Assembly: GCA_963668355.1 (NCBI GenBank)
Contig: OY764265.1
Span: 670,553 to 734,552, forward strand
Origin: Bdellovibrionota bacterium
Lineage (GTDB): Bacteria > Bdellovibrionota_G > JALEGL01 > DATDPG01
Direction: 5' to 3'
DNA length: 64,000 nucleotides
Under the pieces are notes generated by a model. It worked only from the letters and a program-made list of their open reading frames with translations, searched no databases and was not told the origin of the DNA. Position 1 is the stretch's first letter; every line of letters begins with the position of its first letter. This document shows positions 27,350 through 36,327 of the stretch, one piece after another. Made by a program: the position numbers and the translations under genes.

Positions 27350-27749
27350 CATTTGGGACAGCCAACGAGGGAGGAGCGGGCCACGGGGCCACCGGATTGG
27401 GTAAAGCAGGCTAGTGTAGGTCAAGGGGAATCGGAGTACGCCGATACAGAGGTAAGTGACGAGAGTTATCTAATCGATACAGAGTATCGGGGAAGCCGTC
27501 GAAATAAGCATATAGGCGCAATCGAAGGAGACTTCATTTGATGGATAAGGTGCGCGGGTGTGCGAAAAACGCGGGCTTTGTGACCATTCGTGGGGTTTTC
27601 AAAGGGATTCGAGGTATCAGGATGGGCGGGCGGCGGTGGCAGGGCGCCAAAATCGAAAAACCAACGGTCGGAAGATTCAAAAAACGACTCAAGAGGTTGT
27701 TCAAAAGGCAGGTTCAAACTTCTACGACTCAATACTTTTCCCTATACGT
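27350..27749 (-). repeat. Family A, inverted and diverged copy A-prime (about 400 bp)
   Basis: Starts catttgggacagccaacgagggaggagcggg and ends ttccctatacgt, so both A termini are present in reverse orientation. Internal blocks are homologous (gtgtgcg hairpin, ggcagggcgcc). Confidence 0.7.
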
Positions 27750-27777
27750 TGACATAGTCCATCAATTTACAAAAAAC

Positions 27778-28113
27778 TTAAATTCTTGTTCCACGAACTG
27801 TGAAACGAGTACCAATAGAACAATATTTTAGTTCATCGCTTAGATCTTCCAATTCATCCTCTCCTACTCGAACGATGGAAATATCACGAAGGTTAACTTC
27901 GTCTCCCAATAGCTCAGCGTAGTGGTCTTTGATGAGGATGGAATTAGGATTGCTCGGGTTTGTTTCAGATCCTTCGATGAGAGTTCCTTCGAATTCGATT
28001 ACTTCTCTTGGCCGAGCCGTAAGAATCGCATCGAAATAGGTTTCATTTAGTTCGAGAGTCACAAACAATTCAGTTCCGTCTTGTCTTCGATCATTCAGCG
28101 TTACGTTTGGCAT
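27778..28113 (-). CDS. Hypothetical protein (111 aa)
   Basis: ORF with GAAAGG upstream of the ATG. Acidic, no signal peptide, no recognised family. Confidence 0.4.
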   Translation of the reverse strand: MPNVTLNDRRQDGTELFVTLELNETYFDAILTARPREVIEFEGTLIEGSETNPSNPNSILIKDHYAELLGDEVNLRDISIVRVGEDELEDLSDELKYCSIGTRFTVRGTRI

Positions 28114-28273
28114 GGGGCAACCTTTCTATAGGTGTGAGTGAGTCTCTCATATCATCGATATAGGCACAGTGCGCAATAAATTCACAGAGTTTAAGAGTGG
28201 CCCCATTTCTTTCCTAAAAGCTGAGAACGGTCGGATTCAAATCTGGTATGGACCTGCCCCCCCCGATCCGAAA

Positions 28274-29671
28274 TTATTCCTTGGCGGTCTGCCTAGCTAA
28301 ATCAGCTAGATGTTTCTTCGAGATGTTGCAGACATCACAGTTCATATCCAAGTTAAGCCCCGAGTTCATCTCCGAACGAAGCTCTGAGATAGTTGCCTCG
28401 AAATGTTTCTTTGCTGCCTGCGCATTTTTAAGAACTTCTTGAATCAGTCCGATACTGAAATGAAGAATCTTTCTAACCTGCTTTTCTTTGGTGTTTTCAA
28501 GTTTCGATTCGAGTTTTTCCAACATATCTTTGATCGACAAAGGATGGTTCGCATATAAACGAACCATTTCTTGAACCGCAAACGGCGCTACATAGCCCGA
28601 TTCATACATCCCCATTTCATGATCTGCCGAAAGGGCCATCTTTATATGATAAAAGCCCTGATAGGCTGCCGACTCGTTTAGCAAGATCTTTTCATACTTT
28701 GTGAGAGCTTCCTTCGCACGATTCTGCTTTTGTAACCACCGAGCCAATGCAAGATCGAGCATGATACGGTTAACTTTTTCAACATTAGCCTTGTCAACCG
28801 CCTGCAGCATAAGATCAGTTTTTTCTTTGGAAACTTTATCAAGAGTTTGTTCAATTAGCTCTATCGCGACGTTATCGTATGCCCACGAAGAATCACTCTC
28901 TCGACAATAAACTGTGCGTGCCTTAGTCGAGAACGTTGAAAGATATGTAAGAAGATCCGGAATAACGTTATCTATCCGTTTTAAATGAAACGATGCATCG
29001 GCCTTGAAGATTGCAGCTAACGCTTTCGAATGAGATACAAACCCAGCATAACATCCATAAAGAGACCAGACTTCTGTCGTCATATCGGGTTTCTCGATAA
29101 CATGCTCCGCCATCTGCAGAAGAGTTTCTTGGTCGTCGAAATAATCTGCAAAAACCATCACGGCGACAGCCTGCGCAGCCGTCTCATCTGTCCATGGTTC
29201 TTGCTGTTTGAGCGTTTGATCTTTTAACGTCCTTAGATTTTGTTCGACGATCGATTTCTCTTGCATTGAAAATGGCATATAACGACGGAGAATCTCAGCC
29301 GCCCATAGCCGATTTAAATTTTTCTCATCCACTAATCGCTTGGCAAGGGGAAGTACGGGCTCCCTTCCCAACTTCACGGTTTTTCGATTCGAGATTGCTC
29401 GAAGAGCATATTCTCTAACATGGCCACGCGCATCTTCGAAAAGAGGTAAAATTAACGGCAATAGCTTAGGGTTACTTGGGAGCATCCTTTGTAGCTCAGT
29501 CCCAGCTTCAGATGATGCTACCTGATCGTTACTCTGAAGATTCTCGATTAACTGACGTCCTCGAATAAGATTTGAATCCGATACATTGGTTTGAGCTGTC
29601 CGCCAACGGCTTGAACTAGCCATGATATGGAAAGAACGACTGAAACAATCAAAATTGACGTCTTCATCCAC
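28274..29671 (-). CDS. Hypothetical alpha-helical repeat (HEAT-like) protein
   Basis: 465-aa ORF. LLPLILPLFEDARGHVREYALRAI.. resembles HEAT repeats and the remainder is helical. The start is uncertain (GTG 29671 or ATG 29623). Confidence 0.45.
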   Translation of the reverse strand: MDEDVNFDCFSRSFHIMASSSRWRTAQTNVSDSNLIRGRQLIENLQSNDQVASSEAGTELQRMLPSNPKLLPLILPLFEDARGHVREYALRAISNRKTVKLGREPVLPLAKRLVDEKNLNRLWAAEILRRYMPFSMQEKSIVEQNLRTLKDQTLKQQEPWTDETAAQAVAVMVFADYFDDQETLLQMAEHVIEKPDMTTEVWSLYGCYAGFVSHSKALAAIFKADASFHLKRIDNVIPDLLTYLSTFSTKARTVYCRESDSSWAYDNVAIELIEQTLDKVSKEKTDLMLQAVDKANVEKVNRIMLDLALARWLQKQNRAKEALTKYEKILLNESAAYQGFYHIKMALSADHEMGMYESGYVAPFAVQEMVRLYANHPLSIKDMLEKLESKLENTKEKQVRKILHFSIGLIQEVLKNAQAAKKHFEATISELRSEMNSGLNLDMNCDVCNISKKHLADLARQTAKE

Positions 29672-29730
29672 CGAACTATATGTCAGATACTCAATGTCAG
29701 ATACTCATAACTGTGCCACTCCGAGCGACT

Positions 29731-29791
29731 AAAATCCGGGGACGCCCGACTGTATCTAATTTCTTAAACTGGATAGCGTCGACTGTCCCTC
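29731..29791 (+). repeat. Family B, copy B6 (most diverged)
   Basis: aaaatccggggacgcccgactgtatc...ggatagcgtcgactgtccctc aligns loosely with both B2 arms. Confidence 0.5.
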
Positions 29792-29837
29792 ATTGCTAAA
29801 GGCAGGTTCGAACCTGCCTACGGAACAGAGGTTCTCA

Positions 29838-30232
29838 ACGTATAGGGAATTCCTTTCCCATCGGTAGACACGAACTTTCCCCTGGCTCGTATTCTTGAAC
29901 CTTAGGCATCGAGCCTTTCCCCCATTTGTTGGAATTTTTCGGCGCCCTGCCCCCGCCTAATTTCTTCACCTCCTACTCCTGACAAACCCCTAAAAACGCT
30001 GGGGCTGGGCCCGTTTGCGCACACCCGTGCGCCCTTTTCATCAAGATTAAGAATTTTTGCCCTGTATCACCGACCCGCCCAGGTGTCCTCTTCATACCTG
30101 GCATCCATCAGATACGCCTCATCCCCTATTTCCTCGTCGGCTTCGAACGCCTCACCCTGAACACCTTCTAGCTGTTTCATCCAACCTGGAGGCCCTGTAG
30201 CCCGCTCCTCCCTCGTTGCCTGTCCCAAATGG
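29838..30232 (+). repeat. Dispersed repeat family A, copy A3 (full, 395 bp)
   Basis: Same termini as A2. Preceded by a 37-nt segment that is an inverted copy of 18002-18038. Confidence 0.85.
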
Positions 30233-30337
30233 AAAGACGCGTCGCGCAAAAACCCACAGATCCAATAACCTAAACGCTCTATATGTGAGCCTTTTAACGC
30301 ATCGCGCATCAAAAAGGTGCCTGGCACCTATCTTCAT

Positions 30338-31024
30338 TTAAGACCGTGGTAAGCTGGAAATCCAACATGGGTGGCTTCTAAACTTGTCCTCGAATTGACA
30401 CCTAATGATTCTTTCATGGTCGGCGTTTCTCACCCAAAAACCGGTGTCACCAATGTCTTCAGTCTCAGCCAGCTGTCTAAACAATTTCAAATGACCTCGA
30501 TAGCCCCAACTCGTGGTCCACGTTCCGATATCTGTTGACTCATGAATGTTGTGAAATCTCTCGAATTGCTTCACGCCACGTTCAAGAGCTTCCGCTAAAT
30601 CAGAGTCAATTTTCTTCAGAGGTTTAAAAGAAAACGTACACAAGGCTTGTTTAAATTGTCTTCGATACTCTTCGCGTGCGGCTTCAACAGCTGCTTTTTG
30701 TTTCTCTTCTATATGCGAAGGCCTCAGCTTGCCCCAAATTTTGTCCCAACGACCAAGGTCCGCATCCACTGACGTTTCATCAAAGTTATCCCAATTCACG
30801 ACCTCTTCACATTTCCATCGTGAGCGGTTGGCGTTTCTAAATGTGTAGCCCTGATCTCCAATGGCTATGAACTTCAGTTCATCCGGCCGTTCATCGCTCC
30901 AACGAACGGTTATGGAAGCAAAACCATCCCATTCACCACTATCGTAAATAAAGATCGCGTCAGCAGGGGCCGAAAAAGCAATTAGGGTGAAAAGAAACGA
31001 AAAAAGAGCGGTATTAAGCTTCAT
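30338..31024 (-). CDS. Hypothetical secreted protein
   Basis: 228 aa. MKLNTALFSFLFTLIAFSAPADA is a signal peptide. GGAGG lies upstream. Confidence 0.5.
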   Translation of the reverse strand: MKLNTALFSFLFTLIAFSAPADAIFIYDSGEWDGFASITVRWSDERPDELKFIAIGDQGYTFRNANRSRWKCEEVVNWDNFDETSVDADLGRWDKIWGKLRPSHIEEKQKAAVEAAREEYRRQFKQALCTFSFKPLKKIDSDLAEALERGVKQFERFHNIHESTDIGTWTTSWGYRGHLKLFRQLAETEDIGDTGFWVRNADHERIIRCQFEDKFRSHPCWISSLPRS

Positions 31025-31211
31025 AAGTTACCTCCAAAAGACTTTTTATTAACGACGACGCAGGACGTCAAGTTTTCCAAAAATTCCCATTACCTCCCAA
31101 ACACGCCAACTAGGTTGTGTGTCACCGGAACTGCGTGTCCCATCAATCTCCCCAAAAACGCACTCTAACCCTCTGTTTTTATTAGCATTCACTGTGGCAT
31201 TTAACTTGCTT

Positions 31212-32504
31212 ATGAAGACGGCCATGAAGGGTTTTTCGGCAGCCTTTTTGGTTTTGCTTTTTCCCTGCCTTACGCAGGGGAATCCGGCTCAATATGCCAA
31301 TTTTTCTACAGCCCAGCGCGACGCATTCGTCACAAAAGATTTTTCGTACGTAATTGCGGATCTAGAACGCCTCGCCAACAAACGCGTTGAAGATCTACAA
31401 CAAAAGTCAGATTTAATGTCGATTCAGCTCGAATCTTGCCAGAGCGAATTCGCAGATTTGATTTCCGGCCAAACAGGTTTTCAAGTTTCCGGAGAAATCG
31501 TGGACTGCGCATTTCTGAAAAAAACTAAGGAACGGATCGAGTTTTATAGCAATCGCTATCCCAAAGTTATCCTTGAGGCTTTTTCGAGTCCCGGAGGACA
31601 GTTTCACTTTGAATTCCAGCTTAAACGTTATTACCGCTTTGCCGAGGCTCACCCGACGGGTTTAGATTTGGAACTCAATGGTCGATCGAACATTGAATTC
31701 ATTGCAAGCGGTTGGGGAATTGGTTTGAGTGTTTCTTACATTTATGTGGATAGAACGTCCTCTGCTCGAAATGGAAAGTGGGCACATTACCTCCGCTATG
31801 ACCTCCCTACACGAGCAAAGCCTGGTGAACTCACGGCAGAAGACCTAGGGCCTCAACTCGATGCATTGATTGCTTCTTTCTTTGCTGAAACCGAAGCCAT
31901 CCTTTATCCAACAAGAAAAGAGACCTTGAAAGAAGAGGAACTCTCAAAGCCTTTACATGAATTCGAACACAAGAACGTCCGTGTCACTTTTCATTCAGCG
32001 AAACTTGAAACGGGCATCCCTCAATTTCCCTTCTTTCATATGAGGCATTATTTCAAACCCCTAATAAATGACGTCATGGAATATTTCGAAGATCCAGCCA
32101 CTGTTCTTCCTGAAGAAGTCGGATCAATGCGAATTCACCTGATGCATAGTAGCTTCCGCACATTTGCTTCACTCATCAGCCCGGCCGTCGATAGACACAA
32201 TCCGTCTTTATACGGCCCCTCTTTTCCCGGCGATAAGGCAACCATCGTTGGTTACTTTGAAGTTTATGATCACAAGGGCGAGAAACTGATCTACATGGTT
32301 CAAAACGGACCCGGAAATGTCAGGGAAAGAAATATGGGATACATCGACACGATTCCACTTCCATATAAGAAGGGCCTTTTCCAAATCATGATGAAACGAG
32401 TCATGGCTGAGATATCAACCACACTCCGAACCGATCGACCCAGCCGCGCCGACTATAAAAACTCCTCCTGGGACCTCGGACCGATTAAAGAAACGACACC
32501 CTAA
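31212..32504 (+). CDS. Hypothetical secreted protein
   Basis: The track ORF starts at 31119. The internal ATGs 31212/31224 give MKTAMKGFSAAFLVLLFPCLTQG, a signal peptide. Confidence 0.5.
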   Translation: MKTAMKGFSAAFLVLLFPCLTQGNPAQYANFSTAQRDAFVTKDFSYVIADLERLANKRVEDLQQKSDLMSIQLESCQSEFADLISGQTGFQVSGEIVDCAFLKKTKERIEFYSNRYPKVILEAFSSPGGQFHFEFQLKRYYRFAEAHPTGLDLELNGRSNIEFIASGWGIGLSVSYIYVDRTSSARNGKWAHYLRYDLPTRAKPGELTAEDLGPQLDALIASFFAETEAILYPTRKETLKEEELSKPLHEFEHKNVRVTFHSAKLETGIPQFPFFHMRHYFKPLINDVMEYFEDPATVLPEEVGSMRIHLMHSSFRTFASLISPAVDRHNPSLYGPSFPGDKATIVGYFEVYDHKGEKLIYMVQNGPGNVRERNMGYIDTIPLPYKKGLFQIMMKRVMAEISTTLRTDRPSRADYKNSSWDLGPIKETTP

Positions 32505-32507
32505 AGC

Positions 32508-32544
32508 AAATCAAATTTCGATTCAGTCGTGTGTCCTCAGAATT
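32508..32544 (+). repeat. Family B, copy B7 (loop + right arm only)
   Basis: aaatcaaatttcgattcagtcgtgtgtcctcagaatt aligns with the B2 right arm. It begins 4 nt after the stop of 31212..32504. Confidence 0.6.
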
Positions 32545-32905
32545 AATGGATCGGGGCCTTATCGATATTATATATCCATGGTGATTTGTACGGCGAGTGA
32601 TTCAGGCATTGTTGCGGGTGATCATCCCCAAAAATGTGGTTACTTATCGTCAAACGAAACTCGACCGCCAGAATTGGCTTGTGACGGTTTAAGTTTGAGT
32701 TCGCGAGAAAAATTGATCCGCGTTCTCGTGTCGTGGATCGGAAGAGATGGCATGTGTCATTCCAGAAATGCGGATTCACTGGCCTTTCGTTGGGCAGGGG
32801 AACCTTCTTAACAATCAAATAACTACAGGTGCTTACGAAGAGTGCTTGACGCAGTGACCCTAAGCCCATATATCGCTTAAAGAGTTCATAAATAGGGGGA
32901 AAATT

Positions 32906-33400
32906 ATGAGAAGGATTTCATGGTTTGTTCTGGCTTTGTTTCTTTGCCAAATCACTACACAAGTTTTTGGCACACCTATTCCCAGAGGACGTATTGATGT
33001 TCCGCAGGAGTCTTTGTCGAAGCTTGTGCGCCTCATGTTTCTTGACCCACACTTGGCCGAAGAGGGGTATCTCATAGTTCTTCCCTACGGGGATGTCGAA
33101 AATGTTTTCTTTCGTGTTCAGCCTCTAACCGAAGAGAACTATGATCACATTTGGACGTGTCAAAATAGTTATGAAACTGAGCATGACGACACCGGTGTTC
33201 ATCTTCAAAGGCAAATGAATAAAATGTTGCATGAAGAACCGTTTAACCCCATTCGTGTGGAAGCGTGGGGTTCAACGGAAGGTGGTCGGTCCTATGTGGT
33301 TAGTTCATGTGAATACACCGATGAATTTTTGCAAAGACCGCAAGGAACTTTATCTTACGCGGGATCTACTTACCTGCGTTTGAATGGCTACATCGACTAA
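32906..33400 (+). CDS. Hypothetical secreted protein
   Basis: 164 aa. MRRISWFVLALFLCQITTQVFG is a signal peptide. GGGGGAAAA lies upstream of the ATG. Confidence 0.5.
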   Translation: MRRISWFVLALFLCQITTQVFGTPIPRGRIDVPQESLSKLVRLMFLDPHLAEEGYLIVLPYGDVENVFFRVQPLTEENYDHIWTCQNSYETEHDDTGVHLQRQMNKMLHEEPFNPIRVEAWGSTEGGRSYVVSSCEYTDEFLQRPQGTLSYAGSTYLRLNGYID

Positions 33401-33465
33401 GAAAAAACTTAGCCTGAACAATTTGTTTTCTTAAAATCTAGATGCCGAAATCCGATCGAAAACGG

Positions 33466-33506
33466 GAAAATCGGGGGACGCACGACTGGTACAGAAAAAA
33501 TTGAAT
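33466..33506 (+). repeat. Family B, copy B8 (left arm + loop only)
   Basis: gaaaatcgggggacgcacgactggtacagaaaaaattgaat is identical to the B2 left arm and loop; homology then stops. Confidence 0.75.
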
Positions 33507-33544
33507 AAGTCGCAACTAGCTAAAATGACGAGAAATTCTGTAAA

Positions 33545-33952
33545 ATGAGTTTGATCACATGGAGTAAAAGTCTTAGCGTAAACGTCAAAGAAATTGACAA
33601 AGAACATAAGCGTCTTGTCTTTCTACTAAACACTCTGCACGAAGCCATGTCAGAGCGAAGGGGACGAGCCATCGTTGGCACAGTCGTACGAGGACTCGTA
33701 AAGTACGCGGACACTCACTTCCAAACGGAAGAAAAGTACTTCGATCAGTTCGATTTCCCTCAGGCCCAAGAGCACAAAGAAGAACATGCCGCCTTCGTAA
33801 AAAATGTCTTACACTTCAAGGAGGAGTACGACGCGGGAAGGAAGGAAATCACCGTCGAAGTTCTCAACTTCCTAAGCAACTGGTTAAGAAACCATATTCA
33901 GGGAACGGACCAGAAATACTCAAAGTTTTTTAATGATCAAGGCCTCTTTTAA
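33545..33952 (+). CDS. Bacteriohemerythrin
   Basis: W.KSLSVNVKEIDKEHKRLVFLLN, THFQTEEKYF and QEHKEEH are the hemerythrin His/Glu/Asp iron-ligand motifs. Confidence 0.85.
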   Translation: MSLITWSKSLSVNVKEIDKEHKRLVFLLNTLHEAMSERRGRAIVGTVVRGLVKYADTHFQTEEKYFDQFDFPQAQEHKEEHAAFVKNVLHFKEEYDAGRKEITVEVLNFLSNWLRNHIQGTDQKYSKFFNDQGLF

Positions 33953-34154
33953 AAATTCTGTGCGAAGAGGCTTGGCCCGTTTAGATCGTTCTGCAGGTGG
34001 GTTCTCTTCGTTCAAGCCATTCAATATAAGGCCCAAAATCAAAATTATTTAAAGAATGACCTTTCAGGACTGAAAACCCATTCATGGGGGGCTTGATTTC
34101 CGCTGATTCGGTTTGCTAGTTTCAGTTTTTCATTCTTTTAAAGGAGAAATCCAT

Positions 34155-34703
34155 ATGCATCGATTATTCATGATGGCCGGGGCAATCCTTCTTACGATGA
34201 GCTCGGTCGCATCTGTCGAGGCTTCGCCCTCATTCACGTTTGATGCTCCCAAAGGATGGGTTCAGGAGAAACCTCGCTCCACCATGCGAAAGGCGCAATT
34301 TCGCTTGCCGGGAAAAAGTCAGCAAAAAGATGCCGAGCTTGCCATTTTTTCCTTTCCTGGAGGAGGGGGAAGTATAGAGGCCAATCTGCATCGATGGTAC
34401 GGACAATTTGAAAATGAAAATGGGAAAAAGCGCACTTCCCCGGACAAAAAAGAGACGTTGAAAACGAAAGAAGGGTTGTCGGTGACATGGGTTCGTATCA
34501 ACGGCACCTACTTGAAGAGTCGTTCCCCCATGATGAGGGGTCCGGTAGATAAAATTCCAAATCAGGGAATGTTGGGCGCGATTGTTGAGGCAACCCCCAA
34601 TCCCTACTTCATCAAGGCCACCGGCCCACGAGGGACGATCGAAAAATGGCAAAAAGAATTCACAACATTCGTTACCTCGTTTCGAGTGAACCATAAAAGA
34701 TAG
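34155..34703 (+). CDS. Hypothetical secreted protein
   Basis: ATG 34155 follows AAAGGAG. MHRLFMMAGAILLTMSSVASVEA is a signal peptide. Confidence 0.5.
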   Translation: MHRLFMMAGAILLTMSSVASVEASPSFTFDAPKGWVQEKPRSTMRKAQFRLPGKSQQKDAELAIFSFPGGGGSIEANLHRWYGQFENENGKKRTSPDKKETLKTKEGLSVTWVRINGTYLKSRSPMMRGPVDKIPNQGMLGAIVEATPNPYFIKATGPRGTIEKWQKEFTTFVTSFRVNHKR

Positions 34704-34718
34704 CCCTTTGATTCGAAC

Positions 34719-36326
34719 TCAAAGGTTGAGATGTGCATAGGGAGGATACGTTCGCAACCTTGAGTCTTCCAGGGGTCCGCCTACCGTAAAATGATAGAGA
34801 CTTTGAAACGTTTGGTCTTTCAGACCAATCAGCTCATGGACAGCATCATCAAAAAAGCAGCCAATGCCCGTACCCCTCACTCCGAACGCTTCCGCCATTA
34901 AATAGAGGGTTTGTCCAATCATGCCCGTTTCCCAGAACAGCGAACGATAGCGTGAAGGAGAGGAGGAAATTTCCTCTTGAAATCGAGCCAACATACCCAG
35001 GGAAAAGGCGCTGTCACCCGCAATCGATTGTTGGCAACTCAAAAGCGTGGCTTCGCGACGCATATCCCCTTCTTTAAGCTGAAAAAGAGGAAGATGGTCA
35101 TGCACGCTTTTCCAAGAAAATTCGGTCCGGAGAGATTTCTTTAAAGATATGAGATCGTTGGCATTTCGAACCCACAAATACATTCCCGAAGGGATGTTGT
35201 CGACTCGGTGAACGAAAAGAAGAAGGTGTACGGCGGGGTTGCCAAATTGAACACGAAGAGGAGTACGATTTTTTCCGGGGAGTGTGGATTTGAGAATGGT
35301 GAAAAACGTCTCGCGAGACATTCTCGTTTTCCCGTCAAACGCGACCGCACTTCGTCTTTTCCGAATCGTTTGAGCTAGAGATGCTTCTGGCCAAGTGTCT
35401 TTTTCCCCCGAATCGATAGAGAAAGAAGCACTCTTGGTCTGGCCACCTTGGTTCTTTGTGGCTTCAGAAACAAGCTGAATATTGGGCCAAGGATGATGAT
35501 CGGGACTCAATGAGTTGGGAGAACCTTCCAATTCACCGCAACGAGTTGAATCCAAAGGCAACGCGAGAAGCTCTTCCTCCGTTGGAGAGGTGGGTGAAAT
35601 GAAAAGAAGGAGATCGGCTTCTTCTTTTTCCGACTCGACCCACTCGACTCGATCAAATCCGAATAAACATTCGAGGGATGAACTTTTTTGTGTGGGAACA
35701 TCGTGAATCTTCCACCCCAGCAAAGCTGCAGCATAGTCGATGGCTGCGATGGCGTGGCCCACATCATGTTGACAATAGCGAAAGGCTCGCTCGCCATACT
35801 TCCATGCCTCTCGCCAATAAATGCTGGTAAGAAGAACAAAAAAGCCTTTTGGCTGCCAATCCGGTGACGGGCTAACAATTTGAGAACGCTGCTCAAGCTG
35901 GTGATGAAAGACGTCGTAATGATAGACCCCCGCAGAAAACTCAGGAATATCAGGAAGCAAGAGGTGCACTTCTGTGGGGTGAAGATTCCCACTGGAGGGA
36001 TTCATACGGAGGGCCCATCGACTTCCTCCAGTCTCTTTCCAAGCTGAAAGCCCCATGGAAAACTCTAGAAATTTACTTAGGGAGTCTCGGGTTAAAGCCG
36101 AAGCGGGGTTGTCGTCATTCAAGACCTTCCTGATCGACGCGTCTGGATCCTCCGCATTTAAATTCAAGGAGATCGTTTTACATCCTTGAAAAAAACGAAA
36201 GGGGTTTGGTTGGGTGGACCAGTCTAGGTAGCCCAAGGACGGAGACATGCGATGAAAGTGGTGTTTGGTGCACTCGTGAAATTGAAACACGACATCAAAG
36301 GGGGATCGCCTAGGCACAGATTGCAT
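34719..36326 (-). CDS. Tandem SagB/ThcOx-type (nitroreductase-fold) dehydrogenase
   Basis: 535 aa. The N-terminal half starts FHECTKHHF..LDWSTQPNPF (SagB-type signature). The C-terminal half repeats the fold (RKRRSAVAFDG.., GIGCFFDD, LYHFTVGGP). Confidence 0.75.
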   Translation of the reverse strand: MQSVPRRSPFDVVFQFHECTKHHFHRMSPSLGYLDWSTQPNPFRFFQGCKTISLNLNAEDPDASIRKVLNDDNPASALTRDSLSKFLEFSMGLSAWKETGGSRWALRMNPSSGNLHPTEVHLLLPDIPEFSAGVYHYDVFHHQLEQRSQIVSPSPDWQPKGFFVLLTSIYWREAWKYGERAFRYCQHDVGHAIAAIDYAAALLGWKIHDVPTQKSSSLECLFGFDRVEWVESEKEEADLLLFISPTSPTEEELLALPLDSTRCGELEGSPNSLSPDHHPWPNIQLVSEATKNQGGQTKSASFSIDSGEKDTWPEASLAQTIRKRRSAVAFDGKTRMSRETFFTILKSTLPGKNRTPLRVQFGNPAVHLLLFVHRVDNIPSGMYLWVRNANDLISLKKSLRTEFSWKSVHDHLPLFQLKEGDMRREATLLSCQQSIAGDSAFSLGMLARFQEEISSSPSRYRSLFWETGMIGQTLYLMAEAFGVRGTGIGCFFDDAVHELIGLKDQTFQSLYHFTVGGPLEDSRLRTYPPYAHLNL

Positions 36327-36327
36327 C

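Noticed and set aside
19498-27749. Repeat A versus A-prime as template/variable repeats of a diversity-generating retroelement.
   Set aside because: The differences are not adenine-specific, they extend across the whole 400 bp, and no reverse transcriptase is present.
31195-31210. TGGCATTTAACTTGCT is a very good sigma-54 -24/-12 match upstream of the 31212 ORF.
   Set aside because: The predicted TSS would fall at or beyond ATG 31212, only 2-5 nt before ATG 31224, with no SD. A motif this short could plausibly occur by chance somewhere in 64 kb. Not called, but worth a PWM and TSS check.
32543-32869. 108-aa minus-strand ORF (and the overlapping 77-aa plus-strand ORF) in the 360-bp gap after hairpin B7.
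   Set aside because: No RBS, no recognisable motif and mutually overlapping frames. Possibly a decayed gene, but not supportable.
18242-33506. The family B hairpins might be integron attC sites (a CALIN-type cassette array), with IS110/IS1111-type elements known to target attC.
   Set aside because: No RYYYAAC/GTTRRRY core sites at the hairpin ends in either orientation. No intI or attI is visible. Cassette orientation is mixed and solo half-hairpins are present. REP-like repeats fit better.
24944-33506. Possible CRISPR array, given the recurring ~40-70 nt repeats.
   Set aside because: Spacing is irregular (100 bp to several kb). The repeats are imperfect or partial and enclose whole genes. 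No cas genes are present.
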